Shown piece after piece: positions 10,186 through 20,781 of a DNA stretch of 64,000 bases. Within the stretch, counting starts at the first letter, position 1. Every line of letters begins with the position of its first letter. This DNA comes from Nitrospirota bacterium (GTDB lineage Bacteria; Nitrospirota; UBA9217): the NCBI GenBank assembly GCA_963737155.1, contig CAVTRN010000002.1, positions 2,464,001-2,528,000 on the forward strand, read 5' to 3'. The notes beneath the pieces were generated by a model. That model had not been told where the DNA came from and made no database searches. It saw only the letters and a list, made by a program, of their open reading frames with translations. The translations under genes were made by a program, and so were the position numbers.

Positions 10186-11030
10186 GAAAACTACTCCTTG
10201 TCTACAAAGTCAACAACCGCGAAAGCAATTTATAAAAAAAAAGAGACAATGTCAATTATTATTCGAGTATCATTTATTAAGAAATTGACACAAGAGATAC
10301 CATGAAGGTCAAGCCCAGATACTATAGATGGGTTGTTTCGCGGATGTCCTTATCAAGACTTTCGCGTGCTCCGCGCCAATACTATTGCGGCACCCGCGAA
10401 TGGGATTTCCCTCAAACTTTATTGTAGCATCTTTCTATCCTCCGGGTTGTCGTAAACGTTAAAGGATTTTATGCTCCTCGCGAGGACGATGAGTTCATGC
10501 TGGATTTAAGCCGTGCGCGAGAGGACGCCGTAACACCCTATGCCACTATAGATGCTGATCGCAAAGGTGACAGAGATGTTTAATATAATCTCTGGATTAA
10601 TAGTGAAGAATTCATTGATATAATACTAATGTAGTATATGCTTATTTGTAACTTATTGTTATAGTCCCAATTACTTTTCGTTCAATAGAGGACTCAATAA
10701 AGTAAATTTGCAATTGCAGCTAGCTTGCAGAGACTCCACCTTCTAAAGGGAAGAGAATGAGAAACCGCAGATTCATCATATGATAATCTTCCTCTAGAGA
10801 CAAACGAACGTTTGCAACGCGGAGAATCATTTTTATGATTCTGGACAGTTTAGCAAAACATGCGAATTCACTTGCATTTTAATTTTTTAATGGTATGCTC
10901 ACGCAATATCACAGTGAAGTTCCGTCTCCCCCTCCTTGCAATATAATCGAATCTGTAAACTTATAGACCTTATGATATAATGATATCTACTCTGTCAATG
11001 CAACTACTCTACTAAAAAAGGAGAAAGAAC

Positions 11031-11609
11031 ATGAACGAGTTGAAATTGGGAAACCCTGCTGTTGTCGGTCTTGCTGGATTCGGTATGACGACGCTCACTT
11101 TGCAATGTCATAACCTCGGATGGTGCGGCTTAGCTCCTGTTATTTGGCTCGGACTCTGCTTTGGTGGCACCGCTCAGTTGATCGCTGGATTGCTGGAATT
11201 CAAAACTGGTAACAATTTCGGTTTTTGCGCTTTCACCGGATACGGGGCCTTCTGGATATCGCTCTGTCTAATGCTAATTTTCGGCACGAATGCGGACCTG
11301 GTAAAAAGCTATTCCGTCCTAAAGTTCACGGGAACCGACTTGGGCTATTATCTTGTGATGTGGACTATATTCACCGCTATCCTCTTCGTGATTTCCATGA
11401 AGCACCATACTGTTCTGGCTCTTCTATTCCTGACGCTTTTGCTCGGGTTTTTTGGTCTGGACCTCAAGGAACTAGCCGAGAACGCTTTTGCGGGGACCCT
11501 TGCCGCGTACGATCTGCTGGTCTGCGGTGCTCTAGCGTTATACCTGATGATGGTTACGGTTGCGGCCGAATCCGGGATAAAACTGCCTGTCGGAGCGCCA
11601 TGGAGCTAG
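11031..11609 (+). CDS. satP: Acetate uptake transporter (SatP/GPR1/FUN34/YaaH family)
   Basis: GNPAVVGLAGFG signature, GGTAQLIAG, FTGYGAFW; upstream of acs. Confidence 0.88.
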   Translation: MNELKLGNPAVVGLAGFGMTTLTLQCHNLGWCGLAPVIWLGLCFGGTAQLIAGLLEFKTGNNFGFCAFTGYGAFWISLCLMLIFGTNADLVKSYSVLKFTGTDLGYYLVMWTIFTAILFVISMKHHTVLALLFLTLLLGFFGLDLKELAENAFAGTLAAYDLLVCGALALYLMMVTVAAESGIKLPVGAPWS

Positions 11610-11854
11610 GAGTTTTCATCGAGATTAAGAAAGGTGACTTTATCTGCTTCGATCTTTAAAAGGGTGTTGAAGCTCTCGGGAGATAGCTCCGGAGAATCTT
11701 TGATTCTTATCGTTAATATTATTTATCGTATTCGCTCGCTCCGCTCACTCTAGAATTCACATGCCCTGGAGGCGGATGGCCGTCCTTTACATTCCATTGT
11801 TTATTGTGTATTCTTTAGTTGGAAGTAGAAAGGCTAATCAGGGAGGAGAAAAGA

Positions 11855-13831
11855 ATGGCAAATGAAAACATTGATGTTCTCTCGACGGAAAAACGGACGT
11901 TTCCTCCGTCTAAGGAATTCAGCCAGAAAGCTATTATCAAGAGCATGAAAGAGTATGAGCAGATCTATAAGAAGTCGATCGAGGACCCGGAGAAATTTTG
12001 GGCCGACATGGCCGAGAAAAATCTTACGTGGTATAAGAAGTGGGACAAAGTGCTCGAATACGATTTCATGAAACCTTCGATCAAATGGTTTTCCGGCGGG
12101 AAGTTGAATGCCTCGGTGAATTGCCTCGACCGTTTCATTCATACTCCTACGCGCAATAAGGCAGCGCTCATATGGGAGGCGGACAGCGGCGCATATAAGA
12201 CCTATACCTACCAGCAGCTCTATTGGGAGGTAAACCGTTTCGCCAATGTGCTTAAAAAGAAGGGGGTCAAGAAGGGAGATCGCGTTACAATCTATCTTCC
12301 GATGATACCCGAGCTATCGATCTCTATGCTGGCCTGCGCGCGCATCGGGGCGATTCACAGTGTGGTATTCGGCGGGTTCTCGTCCAATTCGCTCAGGGAT
12401 CGTATCCAGGATTGCCAGTCGACAATGGTCATTACAGCCGACGAAGGGCTTCGCGGTGGACGGTTTGTACCTTTGAAGGCCAATGCGGACGAGGCGCTCC
12501 TCGAGTGTCCAACGGTCAAGGACATGATCGTGATCCAGCGGGCGGGAACTGGCAAAGTAAACATGGAACCTAAGAGGGACTCGTGGTGGCACGATGAGCT
12601 TGCGGCGAAAGACATAAAAAACTTCTGCGAGCCAGAAAAAATGGATGCGGAGGACCCGCTTTTCATCCTTTACACTTCAGGCTCCACGGGCAAACCCAAG
12701 GGAGTGCTTCATACCACAGGCGGTTATCTTCTTTTCACGAACCTTACCTTCAAGTGGATCTTCGACTATCATGACGAAGACATTCACTTCTGCACGGCGG
12801 ACATCGGTTGGGTCACGGGCCATAGTTACATCCTCTATGGACCGCTCAGCGCTGGTGCTACATCACTTATGTTCGAAGGAATTCCAACCTATCCCGATCC
12901 AGGCAGGTTCTGGGACATCGTGGACAAACATCAGGTAAATATCTTCTACACGGCTCCCACGGCGATCCGCGCGCTCATGAAGGAAGGGGAGAGTTGGGTC
13001 AGCAAGCATGATTTATCATCTCTCCGCGTTCTAGGCACTGTAGGCGAGCCCATCAATCCCGAGGCTTGGATGTGGTATCACAAAAATATAGGCAAGGAAA
13101 AACTTCCTATAGTCGATACTTGGTGGCAGACCGAGACTGGCGGCATCCTGATTACGCCGCTTCCTGGCGCCATAACGACGAAACCAGGCTCGGCGACACG
13201 TCCGTTCCCAGGCGTCGTGCCAAAAGTCGTGAAGGAAGACGGTTCTACGGCAGGCGTGAATGAGGGCGGTTATCTCGTCATCGAAAAACCCTGGCCGGGC
13301 ATTCTCCGCGGAACCTATGGCGATCCCGAGAATAAGCGCATGAAGGAAGTATATTTTAGCAGGTTTGCGGGCAAATACTTCACAGGCGACGGTGCACGAG
13401 TAGATGAAGACGGTGACTACTGGCTCATGGGACGAGTGGACGATGTTATCAACGTGTCCGGTCACCGCCTCGGCACCGCGGAGGTTGAATCAGCGTTGGT
13501 AAGCCATGAGGCAGTTGCGGAGGCTGCGGTTGTTAGCTACCCGCACGACATCAAAGGCGAGGGCATCTATGTGTACGTAACTTTGAAAGAAGGCCATAAA
13601 CCTTCAGACGAGCTTAAGAAGATCCTGACAGGCCACGTTCGCTCCGTCATCGGTCCGATCGCCACGCCAGACAAACTCCAGTTCGCTCCCGGCCTGCCGA
13701 AGACAAGAAGCGGCAAGATCATGCGCCGTATTCTGCGCAAGATCGCCCACAACCAAGTGGAGGATATCGGCGACACATCAACACTTGCTGATCCAACAGT
13801 TGTGGAAAGCCTGGTGAAAGGCAGGGTATAG
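11855..13831 (+). CDS. acs: Acetyl-CoA synthetase (AMP-forming)
   Basis: [43 protein letters not shown]; SD GGAGGAG before ATG 11855. Confidence 0.97.
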   Translation: MANENIDVLSTEKRTFPPSKEFSQKAIIKSMKEYEQIYKKSIEDPEKFWADMAEKNLTWYKKWDKVLEYDFMKPSIKWFSGGKLNASVNCLDRFIHTPTRNKAALIWEADSGAYKTYTYQQLYWEVNRFANVLKKKGVKKGDRVTIYLPMIPELSISMLACARIGAIHSVVFGGFSSNSLRDRIQDCQSTMVITADEGLRGGRFVPLKANADEALLECPTVKDMIVIQRAGTGKVNMEPKRDSWWHDELAAKDIKNFCEPEKMDAEDPLFILYTSGSTGKPKGVLHTTGGYLLFTNLTFKWIFDYHDEDIHFCTADIGWVTGHSYILYGPLSAGATSLMFEGIPTYPDPGRFWDIVDKHQVNIFYTAPTAIRALMKEGESWVSKHDLSSLRVLGTVGEPINPEAWMWYHKNIGKEKLPIVDTWWQTETGGILITPLPGAITTKPGSATRPFPGVVPKVVKEDGSTAGVNEGGYLVIEKPWPGILRGTYGDPENKRMKEVYFSRFAGKYFTGDGARVDEDGDYWLMGRVDDVINVSGHRLGTAEVESALVSHEAVAEAAVVSYPHDIKGEGIYVYVTLKEGHKPSDELKKILTGHVRSVIGPIATPDKLQFAPGLPKTRSGKIMRRILRKIAHNQVEDIGDTSTLADPTVVESLVKGRV

Positions 13832-13922
13832 TTAGAAAAAACAGGTATCACCTTCCGTGAACAGGTCGCTGACTGGTAAACCGGTGGCCTCTCTTTCGCG
13901 GGAATGGTTTTTTTCAATAGTT

Positions 13923-13970
13923 AAATGCCTCCTTGCGGCTTGTAGCTGCAAGGAGGCATTTTTTTGTTTT
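13923..13970 (+). terminator. Rho-independent terminator after acs
   Basis: AAATGCCTCCTTGC...GCAAGGAGGCATTT followed by T-run. Confidence 0.85.
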
Positions 13971-13987
13971 CCTATAATAGCATATAT

Positions 13988-14194
13988 GTAATGGATGTGA
14001 ACTTCATAATCATATGCCCACTCATCCGGCATTCACACAGCGTATCCGGTTTTTGTTCATCGACTCGCGCATTTGTTCTACGGTTCTTTCAAGCGCCATC
14101 TCTCGATGACACCCTGGCGCTTTGCTGCCCCTTCACTTCTATCAGGTTGGGGAGAAGGCTTGCACTTCCAAGCTTTCAAACATACTCAGCGCAC
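13988..14194 (-). mobile_element. Group IIC intron 5' fragment (domain I only, no RT ORF)
   Basis: Minus strand begins GTGCG directly after a terminator hairpin+T-run and continues GGAAGTGCAAGCCTTCTCCCCAACCTGATAGAAGTGAAGGG...CAAAGCGCCAGGGTGTCATCG...GATGAACAAAAACCGGATA, typical class C 5' sequence. Confidence 0.8.
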
Positions 14195-14226
14195 TAAAAA
14201 AGCCCTCACGGAAACCGTGAGGGCTT
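14195..14226 (-). terminator. Rho-independent terminator of the cytochrome c genes (intron target site)
   Basis: AAGCCCTCACGG-TTT-CCGTGAGGGCTT followed by TTTT. Confidence 0.88.
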
Positions 14227-14245
14227 ACTATCGGATAATGACATC

Positions 14246-14569
14246 TTACTTCTGGTGGCATTTGCTGCAATTGGCCGCGTCTTTCACGGAGAAAGCCTTG
14301 GTCCCGTTGTGGCAAGCACCGCAGAACTTGCCTGCATTCATGTCATTCATTGTCATGACATCCGCGCCCTTCTTCATCTTGAAAAGGCCAGACGAATGAC
14401 AATCAGCGCACTTTAAACCCGCTTTAGCGTGGACTGTACCGCTAAACATAACCTTGCCAGCTCCACTGGGTTCAAATGTCAGCTCCTTGCCAGACGGTAC
14501 CGCGAATGCAGTCATTGCCATGATGAGGGAAATGACAACTACTAGCGCCAACATAAAACTTTTTTTCAT
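14246..14569 (-). CDS. Periplasmic c7-type triheme cytochrome c
   Basis: Sec signal; CADCH, CGACH, CSKCH; GKFCGACHNG.KAF pattern; SD AAGGAGG. Confidence 0.88.
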   Translation of the reverse strand: MKKSFMLALVVVISLIMAMTAFAVPSGKELTFEPSGAGKVMFSGTVHAKAGLKCADCHSSGLFKMKKGADVMTMNDMNAGKFCGACHNGTKAFSVKDAANCSKCHQK

Positions 14570-14677
14570 TAGTATTTCACCTCCTTCCTTTGTAAGGTTC
14601 GTCAAACACTGATTCTCAGGTACGGACCGAAAAACTAACAGGTTTTTCGTTCTGCACCGCGCTCAAAACCCAAGGGT

Positions 14678-15691
14678 TTAAAGAAACGCCTTCGGACTAC
14701 GGTACTCGTGACAGGTAACGCATTCTTTCTTTGCTGAAGCTTCAGTAATCGTCCAGAGATGCGGCTTGTGGCAGTCCTTGCACTGCATGTCCATTTTAAG
14801 ATGCAGGTTGTGTTTGCCGACCTTCGCTATATCGTTGTGACACCGCAGGCAATCCTCGCTCGTGGGCTTCACTTTGCCCGGCGTATGCGGCTTATGACAC
14901 TCATAACAGTAGAACTGCATCGGTGACTTATCGCTATATTGGATCTTGATGGCCTTCTTAATGATCGTCGAGTCTGGCTGGAAGAAGCGCACATCCATCG
15001 TTCCGTCTGCAATCATTTGCTGCCGGATGCTATCATCACTGCTATGGCAGAAGAGGCATTTCTTCCTACCAGGCTTGATGTCCGTCGTGCGATCGGTATG
15101 ACAGTTGATGCAGGCAAGTCCTTCCATGCCTACGCCATGCACCAGTTTGCCCGGATGGCACTTCAGACAGAACTTTTCCGTAGGGAGGAAGTGGTGCAAT
15201 CCGCTCTTGTCCGCCTTGATCTCACCATGGCACTGGGTGCATTCGATCTGCTCCATATACACATGCTTGGCATGGAATATGGATTTGTTGATTTTTTCGC
15301 CCGGGCCCTGAGTATGGCATTCGTTACAAACCTTCTGACCTACGATAACCTTTCCATGTCGAGCAGGGACAGCGTTCGGCCTGTGGAGCACAAAACTGAT
15401 GAGCAGTTGGTTCTGTTCAGGGATAGTCAAATGATGGCATTGATGACAGCTGAGTGATTTGTGTTCGCTCCGTGACCAGCTATCGTATGCCGGCTGCATC
15501 AAGTGGCATCCAACGCAAAACTTCGGATTGTTCTGGGTGAAATCATAAAACTTATAAGCAACAAAACCGCCGCTGAATACAATAAAAAGGAGAAGCGCAG
15601 AAATAAGCATTTTCGCTTTCAGCGAAATAGGCTCCTTAATCCGCTCCATAAACCGTGCAACTTTACCCTTGAACCATTCCATCAACTTCAT
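14678..15691 (-). CDS. Membrane-anchored NapC/NirT-like multiheme cytochrome c (11 hemes)
   Basis: N-terminal TM helix, NPKFCVGCHLM...YDSW..SEH; 11 CxxCH motifs counted. Confidence 0.85.
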   Translation of the reverse strand: MKLMEWFKGKVARFMERIKEPISLKAKMLISALLLFIVFSGGFVAYKFYDFTQNNPKFCVGCHLMQPAYDSWSRSEHKSLSCHQCHHLTIPEQNQLLISFVLHRPNAVPARHGKVIVGQKVCNECHTQGPGEKINKSIFHAKHVYMEQIECTQCHGEIKADKSGLHHFLPTEKFCLKCHPGKLVHGVGMEGLACINCHTDRTTDIKPGRKKCLFCHSSDDSIRQQMIADGTMDVRFFQPDSTIIKKAIKIQYSDKSPMQFYCYECHKPHTPGKVKPTSEDCLRCHNDIAKVGKHNLHLKMDMQCKDCHKPHLWTITEASAKKECVTCHEYRSPKAFL

Positions 15692-15901
15692 GTTCCCCCC
15701 CAACAAGCAAAATTATAACTTGAGTTTACCACATACTAAGCGTGCATTTATAACATACCAAAAAGTTAATGTCAATACTTTATAGGAGTATTTAAGTAAA
15801 TATATTGCCATCGCATATGCCATATTGTCTTGACAATTTTTTTTGCTTTTGTTACCGTGTGATAACATTATAAAAAAATTTAATATCCACGTGGAGGAAC
15901 G

Positions 15902-16315
15902 ATGAACAGGCGTAGATTCCTTAAAATGATTTTAGCCTTTCTCGGATCGGTCACTTTTCTTTCCTTTGCTTTTTCTTTCTTGAAATATCTCACATCAATT
16001 CCCGCCAGAACAACGGCCGCTAACAAACTCACTATTCGAAAGGACGCAATCGCCTCTGGAGACGCGATGAATGTCGTCTATCAGAATAATCCCGCCATCG
16101 TAATCAACCGTCCCGAGAAGGGATTCATTGCACTTTCACTCACTTGCACGCACCTTGGCTGTGTTGTCGAATTCATTAAAAGCAGGCAGATATTACTGTG
16201 TCCCTGTCACGCTGGGACGTACGATCTCGAGGGGAACGTCATGTCAGGACCGCCGCCGAAACCATTGACGGCTATTCCGCTGAAAATCGAAGGCGATTCA
16301 ATAATAATAGGGTGA
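15902..16315 (+). CDS. Rieske 2Fe-2S protein of bc-type complex (CbcV/PetC-like)
   Basis: Tat motif NRRRFLK; CTHLGC and CPCHAGTY; SGPPPKPL. Confidence 0.92.
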   Translation: MNRRRFLKMILAFLGSVTFLSFAFSFLKYLTSIPARTTAANKLTIRKDAIASGDAMNVVYQNNPAIVINRPEKGFIALSLTCTHLGCVVEFIKSRQILLCPCHAGTYDLEGNVMSGPPPKPLTAIPLKIEGDSIIIG

Positions 16316-16319
16316 GACA

Positions 16320-17411
16320 ATGTGGAAGAAAATAAGACAATGGCTTGATGTGCGAATCGGTCTGGATAATATCATCCAGACCCAGGTAATTGACTATCGC
16401 ATCCCGAAGAACACTAATATTTTGTATACGCTCGGTTTTCTCGCTGTCGTGGCTTATGGTATTCAAGCGTTGACCGGGATTCTGCTCCTTATTTACTACG
16501 TCCCCCACCCGGAACATGCATTCGGGAGCGTACAGGACATTATGACGAAAGTCCCCTACGGCTGGTTATTCAGGGAAATGCATGCTGTAGGCAGTAACCT
16601 CATGATCATGGTCGTAATGCTCCATATGGTGACCGTTTTTCTCATGGGAAATTACAAGCGGCCGAGGGAATTGACCTGGTTTGGCGGCGGGCTGATACTA
16701 ATCATTACCGTAATCTTCGGCCTGAGCGGATATTTACTTCCCTGGACCCAGCTGAGCTACTGGGCGACAACGGTTGTGACTTCAATGCCGACGGCATTTC
16801 CTGTCATCGGGGAACCTATCTCCCGGATTCTGAGGGGTGGAGATTATGTGACGGCGACAACGCTCAGCAGATTCTTCGCGCTTCATGTGGCGATCTTGCC
16901 TCCCATTTTCCTGGCCCTCATGGGGGTGCATTTGTTCCTGATCAACCGGATTGGCATTTCTGCCACTCCCTTCGGCAAAATTGATGAGGAAAAAAGACCG
17001 CTGACCGAATACAAAAGAAAAACCTATCCCGACGGGTATCCTTATTATCCGGCCTTTTTTAAGAAGCAGATGTACATGATGATGGCGTATTTCGCCATTA
17101 TGTTCTTCATCATCACATTTTTACCAACGCTCTTTTTCCCCGACGAAGCGAACATGCCGGCAGACCCGTTCCATACACCGCTGGCAATCAAACCTGCATG
17201 GTACCTGCTGGCACCCTATCAGCTCCTCAAGATGATCCCAAATAAATTTTTCGGGATTATGCTTCAACTGATCCTGGTCATCGTTTTTCTTTTATGGCCG
17301 TTCCTGGATATCCAAAAGGAAAAAAACGTCTTCAAGCGACCGGTTTTGAGGGGCGTTTTCCTGTTCCTGCTTATCACGTGGGTCGTACTCTTGTTCTGGG
17401 GGAGGACGTAA
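16320..17411 (+). CDS. Cytochrome b (b6 + subunit IV fused; CbcW/PetB-like)
   Basis: MHAVG...LHM and LHV...VHL heme His pairs, GYLLPW.QLSYW, PAWY in place of PEWY. Confidence 0.92.
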   Translation: MWKKIRQWLDVRIGLDNIIQTQVIDYRIPKNTNILYTLGFLAVVAYGIQALTGILLLIYYVPHPEHAFGSVQDIMTKVPYGWLFREMHAVGSNLMIMVVMLHMVTVFLMGNYKRPRELTWFGGGLILIITVIFGLSGYLLPWTQLSYWATTVVTSMPTAFPVIGEPISRILRGGDYVTATTLSRFFALHVAILPPIFLALMGVHLFLINRIGISATPFGKIDEEKRPLTEYKRKTYPDGYPYYPAFFKKQMYMMMAYFAIMFFIITFLPTLFFPDEANMPADPFHTPLAIKPAWYLLAPYQLLKMIPNKFFGIMLQLILVIVFLLWPFLDIQKEKNVFKRPVLRGVFLFLLITWVVLLFWGRT

Positions 17412-18244
17412 TGAGATACCGCATCCTTTGGGGAATTCTGCTGTTCATGCTTCCCTTGACCGTGCATGCGAACTACCAGCAGGAATTCGAGAACGAATTT
17501 CTTACAAAACCCTGGGTTGGTGTACAGGTTGAGCAGAATTTCTGTATATCCTGCCATTCCTCGGAACAAATGAAACCGGAATTCAGGTCTATTCCCGAAG
17601 AATGGCGGGCCAGTTGGCATGCCCAGAATAACGTATCCTGCGAGCACTGCCATGGAGGCGATTCAAAGGATGCGGCTATGGCTATGTCGCCTCAGCGGGG
17701 GTTCCTCGGCAGCCCACAGTATAAAGATGTCCCTGAATTTTGCGGTAAATGCCATATCGCCATCCTCACCAATTTTCTCGAAAGCGACCATGGGAAAGCG
17801 CTCAAGGCCGGTAAAAAGGCTCCTAATTGCGTGGTCTGCCACGGGTCCCACAACATCCAGAAGGCCAGCATTAATATCATCAGTGTCCAGCTCTGCACAA
17901 AATGCCATTCCTACGAACGGGCCAAGATTATGAAACAAGCGCTGTTCCTTACCGAGACGAAAATCGGAGAGCTTGGGAACAAGCTGGAGGAACTGAAGCA
18001 CGAAGGCATCTATCCGGAAGCCGATGAAAAGAGCCTGTTCAGCACACAAGCGGAATTCCGCGCGCTTTTCCATACCGTTGATGTCAACCTGGTGAAGAAC
18101 AGGACCGATGAATTTACGACCAAGCTGGATCAGATCGACAAAAACATCCAGGCTACTTACCGATCGCTGAAATTCAGAAAAAATTTCTCGGCATTTCTCA
18201 TGCTTTCCTTTGCGGGGATGGGTATCGTCCTCTTCCTGCTGTGA
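17411..18244 (+). CDS. Pentaheme cytochrome c with C-terminal anchor (CbcX-like)
   Basis: Signal peptide from ATG 17411 overlapping cyt b stop; CISCH, CEHCH, CGKCH, CVVCH, CTKCH. Confidence 0.85.
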   Translation: MRYRILWGILLFMLPLTVHANYQQEFENEFLTKPWVGVQVEQNFCISCHSSEQMKPEFRSIPEEWRASWHAQNNVSCEHCHGGDSKDAAMAMSPQRGFLGSPQYKDVPEFCGKCHIAILTNFLESDHGKALKAGKKAPNCVVCHGSHNIQKASINIISVQLCTKCHSYERAKIMKQALFLTETKIGELGNKLEELKHEGIYPEADEKSLFSTQAEFRALFHTVDVNLVKNRTDEFTTKLDQIDKNIQATYRSLKFRKNFSAFLMLSFAGMGIVLFLL

Positions 18245-18590
18245 CGTAATAAAAATGAGTAAGAAGTGGCCTTTATCCTCGCGGGGAATGCAACGGCAGC
18301 AGAGTAATGAAAATTATTTGGCTTTATTAGAACGTTTTTAGAAGCGCACGGAAGGCGGGATATGCGGGGCAACTATCCGGATAGACGGAAGACAACGGTT
18401 CTTGAACCATATTAAACCTCATACTGGATACATGATCCCCTGATCAGCTTCGCCTAACCTTGACTTTTCTTTCACAAACACTATCGGTTCTGGCCAAGCA
18501 CTTTCCCATTCGGAACAACAAGTGAGTTAGCTTTTCAGCCTGGCGCAAAACATGAAAAGGCTGTTCCCCGCTCCACTCCCAGATGGATCA

Positions 18591-19814
18591 TCAAGCTTTT
18601 CTATCAGTGGTCTCGAACCGTAGCTTTCCCGTATAGATAGGCACCGCAAACTTAAGCAGCAATGTGTACAGCAGAGCACCGGTTGCCCAGATTCCCATGG
18701 TAACAAGGATCTCCGACTTCGTGGGCGAATATTCATAAATTTCGCCCAGCGCATCAGGCACAAACCCCGGGACCACAAGTCCCATTCCCTTTTCGATGTA
18801 AACGCCCATAATAATGAGCATACAACCAATATTAAGCGTTGTGAAGTTTTCCCTGGTCTTCGGGAAGAGGAAAAGGAAGAATGCCGTGGTATTCATTATG
18901 GTTGCGGCCCACATCCAAGGTACGAGGCTTGTTTTCCCATGAAGGCCGATATACAGGTATTGGATTGAATAGCTGTCAACACCGCCGGAATAAAATTCCT
19001 TGAACGCTTCGGCACCCAGGAGGAACAGGTTAATGGCCATAGCATAGGCGATCAATTCCGCAATTTTGAAGATTGCCTTGTTGTCAATATCGACTTCGGA
19101 CCGCTTCCTAATGATTTGAAACAGGATCAGCATGATGGCCGGGCCTGAGCAGAACGCTGAAGCAAGAAACCGCGGGGCCAGGATGGAAGCATTCCAGAAT
19201 GGGCGGGCGGACAACCCATTATAGAGAAAAGCGGTCACTGTGTGAATGCTGACTGCCCATGGGATAGAGAGAATGATAAGCGGCCCGATCACGGCCATAC
19301 TATATTCCTTCCCGATCGAAAGACGGTAGAGAACGTAAAAGGCTATGATGCTGTTGATGGCAAGATAGCCGTTCAAGACAACCACATCCCAGGCAAGCAG
19401 CGACGCAGGAAAATGCATGGCGCCGATGAACGGCAAAATATGCCAGACTCGGAGAGGCTGGCCCATATCGACCATGATGAAGAGGATGCACATCGTGATC
19501 GCCGTAATAGCGAGCAGTTCCCCGAACAGCACAATTTCCTTGATTGGTTTGAAATTATAGAGATAGGCAGGAACTACCAGTAGTACGGCCGCGGCGGCAA
19601 CGCCGACTAGAAAGGTAAAATTTGATATGAACAGGCCCCATGATACCTGGTCCCTCATCGCCGTCGTGATCAGACCTCGATTTAGTTGGTCAAGGTAAGC
19701 ACTGAAACCCAAGATGATGAAAAAAGAAAGGAATGCGACCCACAGGTAGTAGGCGCTATTCCCGATGAAAATCTGACGCAAGGCGATAAAGAAGTTTCTA
19801 AGCATGCTTCTCAT
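18591..19814 (-). CDS. NrfD/PsrC/DsrP-family integral membrane quinol oxidoreductase subunit
   Basis: DQVSWGLFISNFTFLVGVAAAA, DMGQP, SIHTVTAFL, LAPRFLASAF. Confidence 0.88.
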   Translation of the reverse strand: MRSMLRNFFIALRQIFIGNSAYYLWVAFLSFFIILGFSAYLDQLNRGLITTAMRDQVSWGLFISNFTFLVGVAAAAVLLVVPAYLYNFKPIKEIVLFGELLAITAITMCILFIMVDMGQPLRVWHILPFIGAMHFPASLLAWDVVVLNGYLAINSIIAFYVLYRLSIGKEYSMAVIGPLIILSIPWAVSIHTVTAFLYNGLSARPFWNASILAPRFLASAFCSGPAIMLILFQIIRKRSEVDIDNKAIFKIAELIAYAMAINLFLLGAEAFKEFYSGGVDSYSIQYLYIGLHGKTSLVPWMWAATIMNTTAFFLFLFPKTRENFTTLNIGCMLIIMGVYIEKGMGLVVPGFVPDALGEIYEYSPTKSEILVTMGIWATGALLYTLLLKFAVPIYTGKLRFETTDRKA

Positions 19815-19825
19815 GAGCGAGCCTC

Positions 19826-20755
19826 CTACACTCCGTACGCGAAGAAATAGTAGAACTTGGGATTGGTGTTCAGGTCTTCCTTCAACCGGAACACTCTCTT
19901 GTGTTCTATGGCATACCGGATCTCACTGTCCGGGTCAAGCAGATTGCCAAACTTCCTCGCGCCCACAGGACAGGCCTCAACACAGGCCGGATAGCGACCA
20001 TTCCGTGTACGCTGGATGCAGAACGTGCATTTTTCCACCACTCCCTTATAGCGCGGGCGGTTCCCGAGATAGTGCGTCTGCGGGTTGATCTCATCACTCT
20101 TCCGGCCCGGCTCTGTCCAGTTGAAATGACGTGCCCCATAGGGACAGGCGGCCATGCAGTAACGGCACCCGATGCACCAGTTATAATCGACGACCACGAT
20201 CCCATCGGGCTCTTGCCATGTAGCCTGTGTCGGACAGGCTCGAACGCAGGGCGGGTTTTCGCACTGCTGGCACTGAACCGGCATGTAAAAATATTCCGGC
20301 TCGGGCACCAGCTCGGGGTTGTAGTATTTCTCCGAGTTTTCCAGGTCGACCCACTTCTCTCCCTTTTTGAACCTGAGGACCGATATCCAGTGAATCTGCG
20401 GGTCCTTGGACTGATTATTCTCATCCACGCAGGCGTACTCGCATCGCCTGCATCCGATGCACCGGGAGAGGTCGAGGCCGTATCCGAACAGAACACCGGG
20501 AAGCGCTTTTTCATTTCCGACTTTGATCGCTATTTTATATTTTTCCTCGTACTCCTGCTCCAACCGTCCGATGACCTGTTTGATCTCCGCATCGTTCATT
20601 TCCTTGAAGTGTTTCTGGAAAAAAGATTCCCAGAAAGACGCATCCGCTTTATGGAGCGGGACAGCTGTACCCGCCAGTCCGAGGGCGGCGCCTTTCAAAA
20701 AACTCCTGCGGTCAAGATGTATCCCGTCTCTTTTTTTTGTGATTTTTCGCATCAT
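19826..20755 (-). CDS. Tat-exported 4Fe-4S dicluster protein (NrfC/DsrO-like)
   Basis: DRRSFLK; CIGCRRCEYAC, CQQCENPPCVRACP, CIGCRYCMAACP, CTFC...PACVEACP. Confidence 0.9.
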   Translation of the reverse strand: MMRKITKKRDGIHLDRRSFLKGAALGLAGTAVPLHKADASFWESFFQKHFKEMNDAEIKQVIGRLEQEYEEKYKIAIKVGNEKALPGVLFGYGLDLSRCIGCRRCEYACVDENNQSKDPQIHWISVLRFKKGEKWVDLENSEKYYNPELVPEPEYFYMPVQCQQCENPPCVRACPTQATWQEPDGIVVVDYNWCIGCRYCMAACPYGARHFNWTEPGRKSDEINPQTHYLGNRPRYKGVVEKCTFCIQRTRNGRYPACVEACPVGARKFGNLLDPDSEIRYAIEHKRVFRLKEDLNTNPKFYYFFAYGV

Positions 20756-20781
20756 TCGCCTCGTCGTGTTATTACACTTTA

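Noticed and set aside
10200-11030. Long intergenic region upstream of satP as ncRNA or gene
   Set aside because: Only AT-rich promoter-like sequence and short palindromes; no identifiable RNA family or ORF
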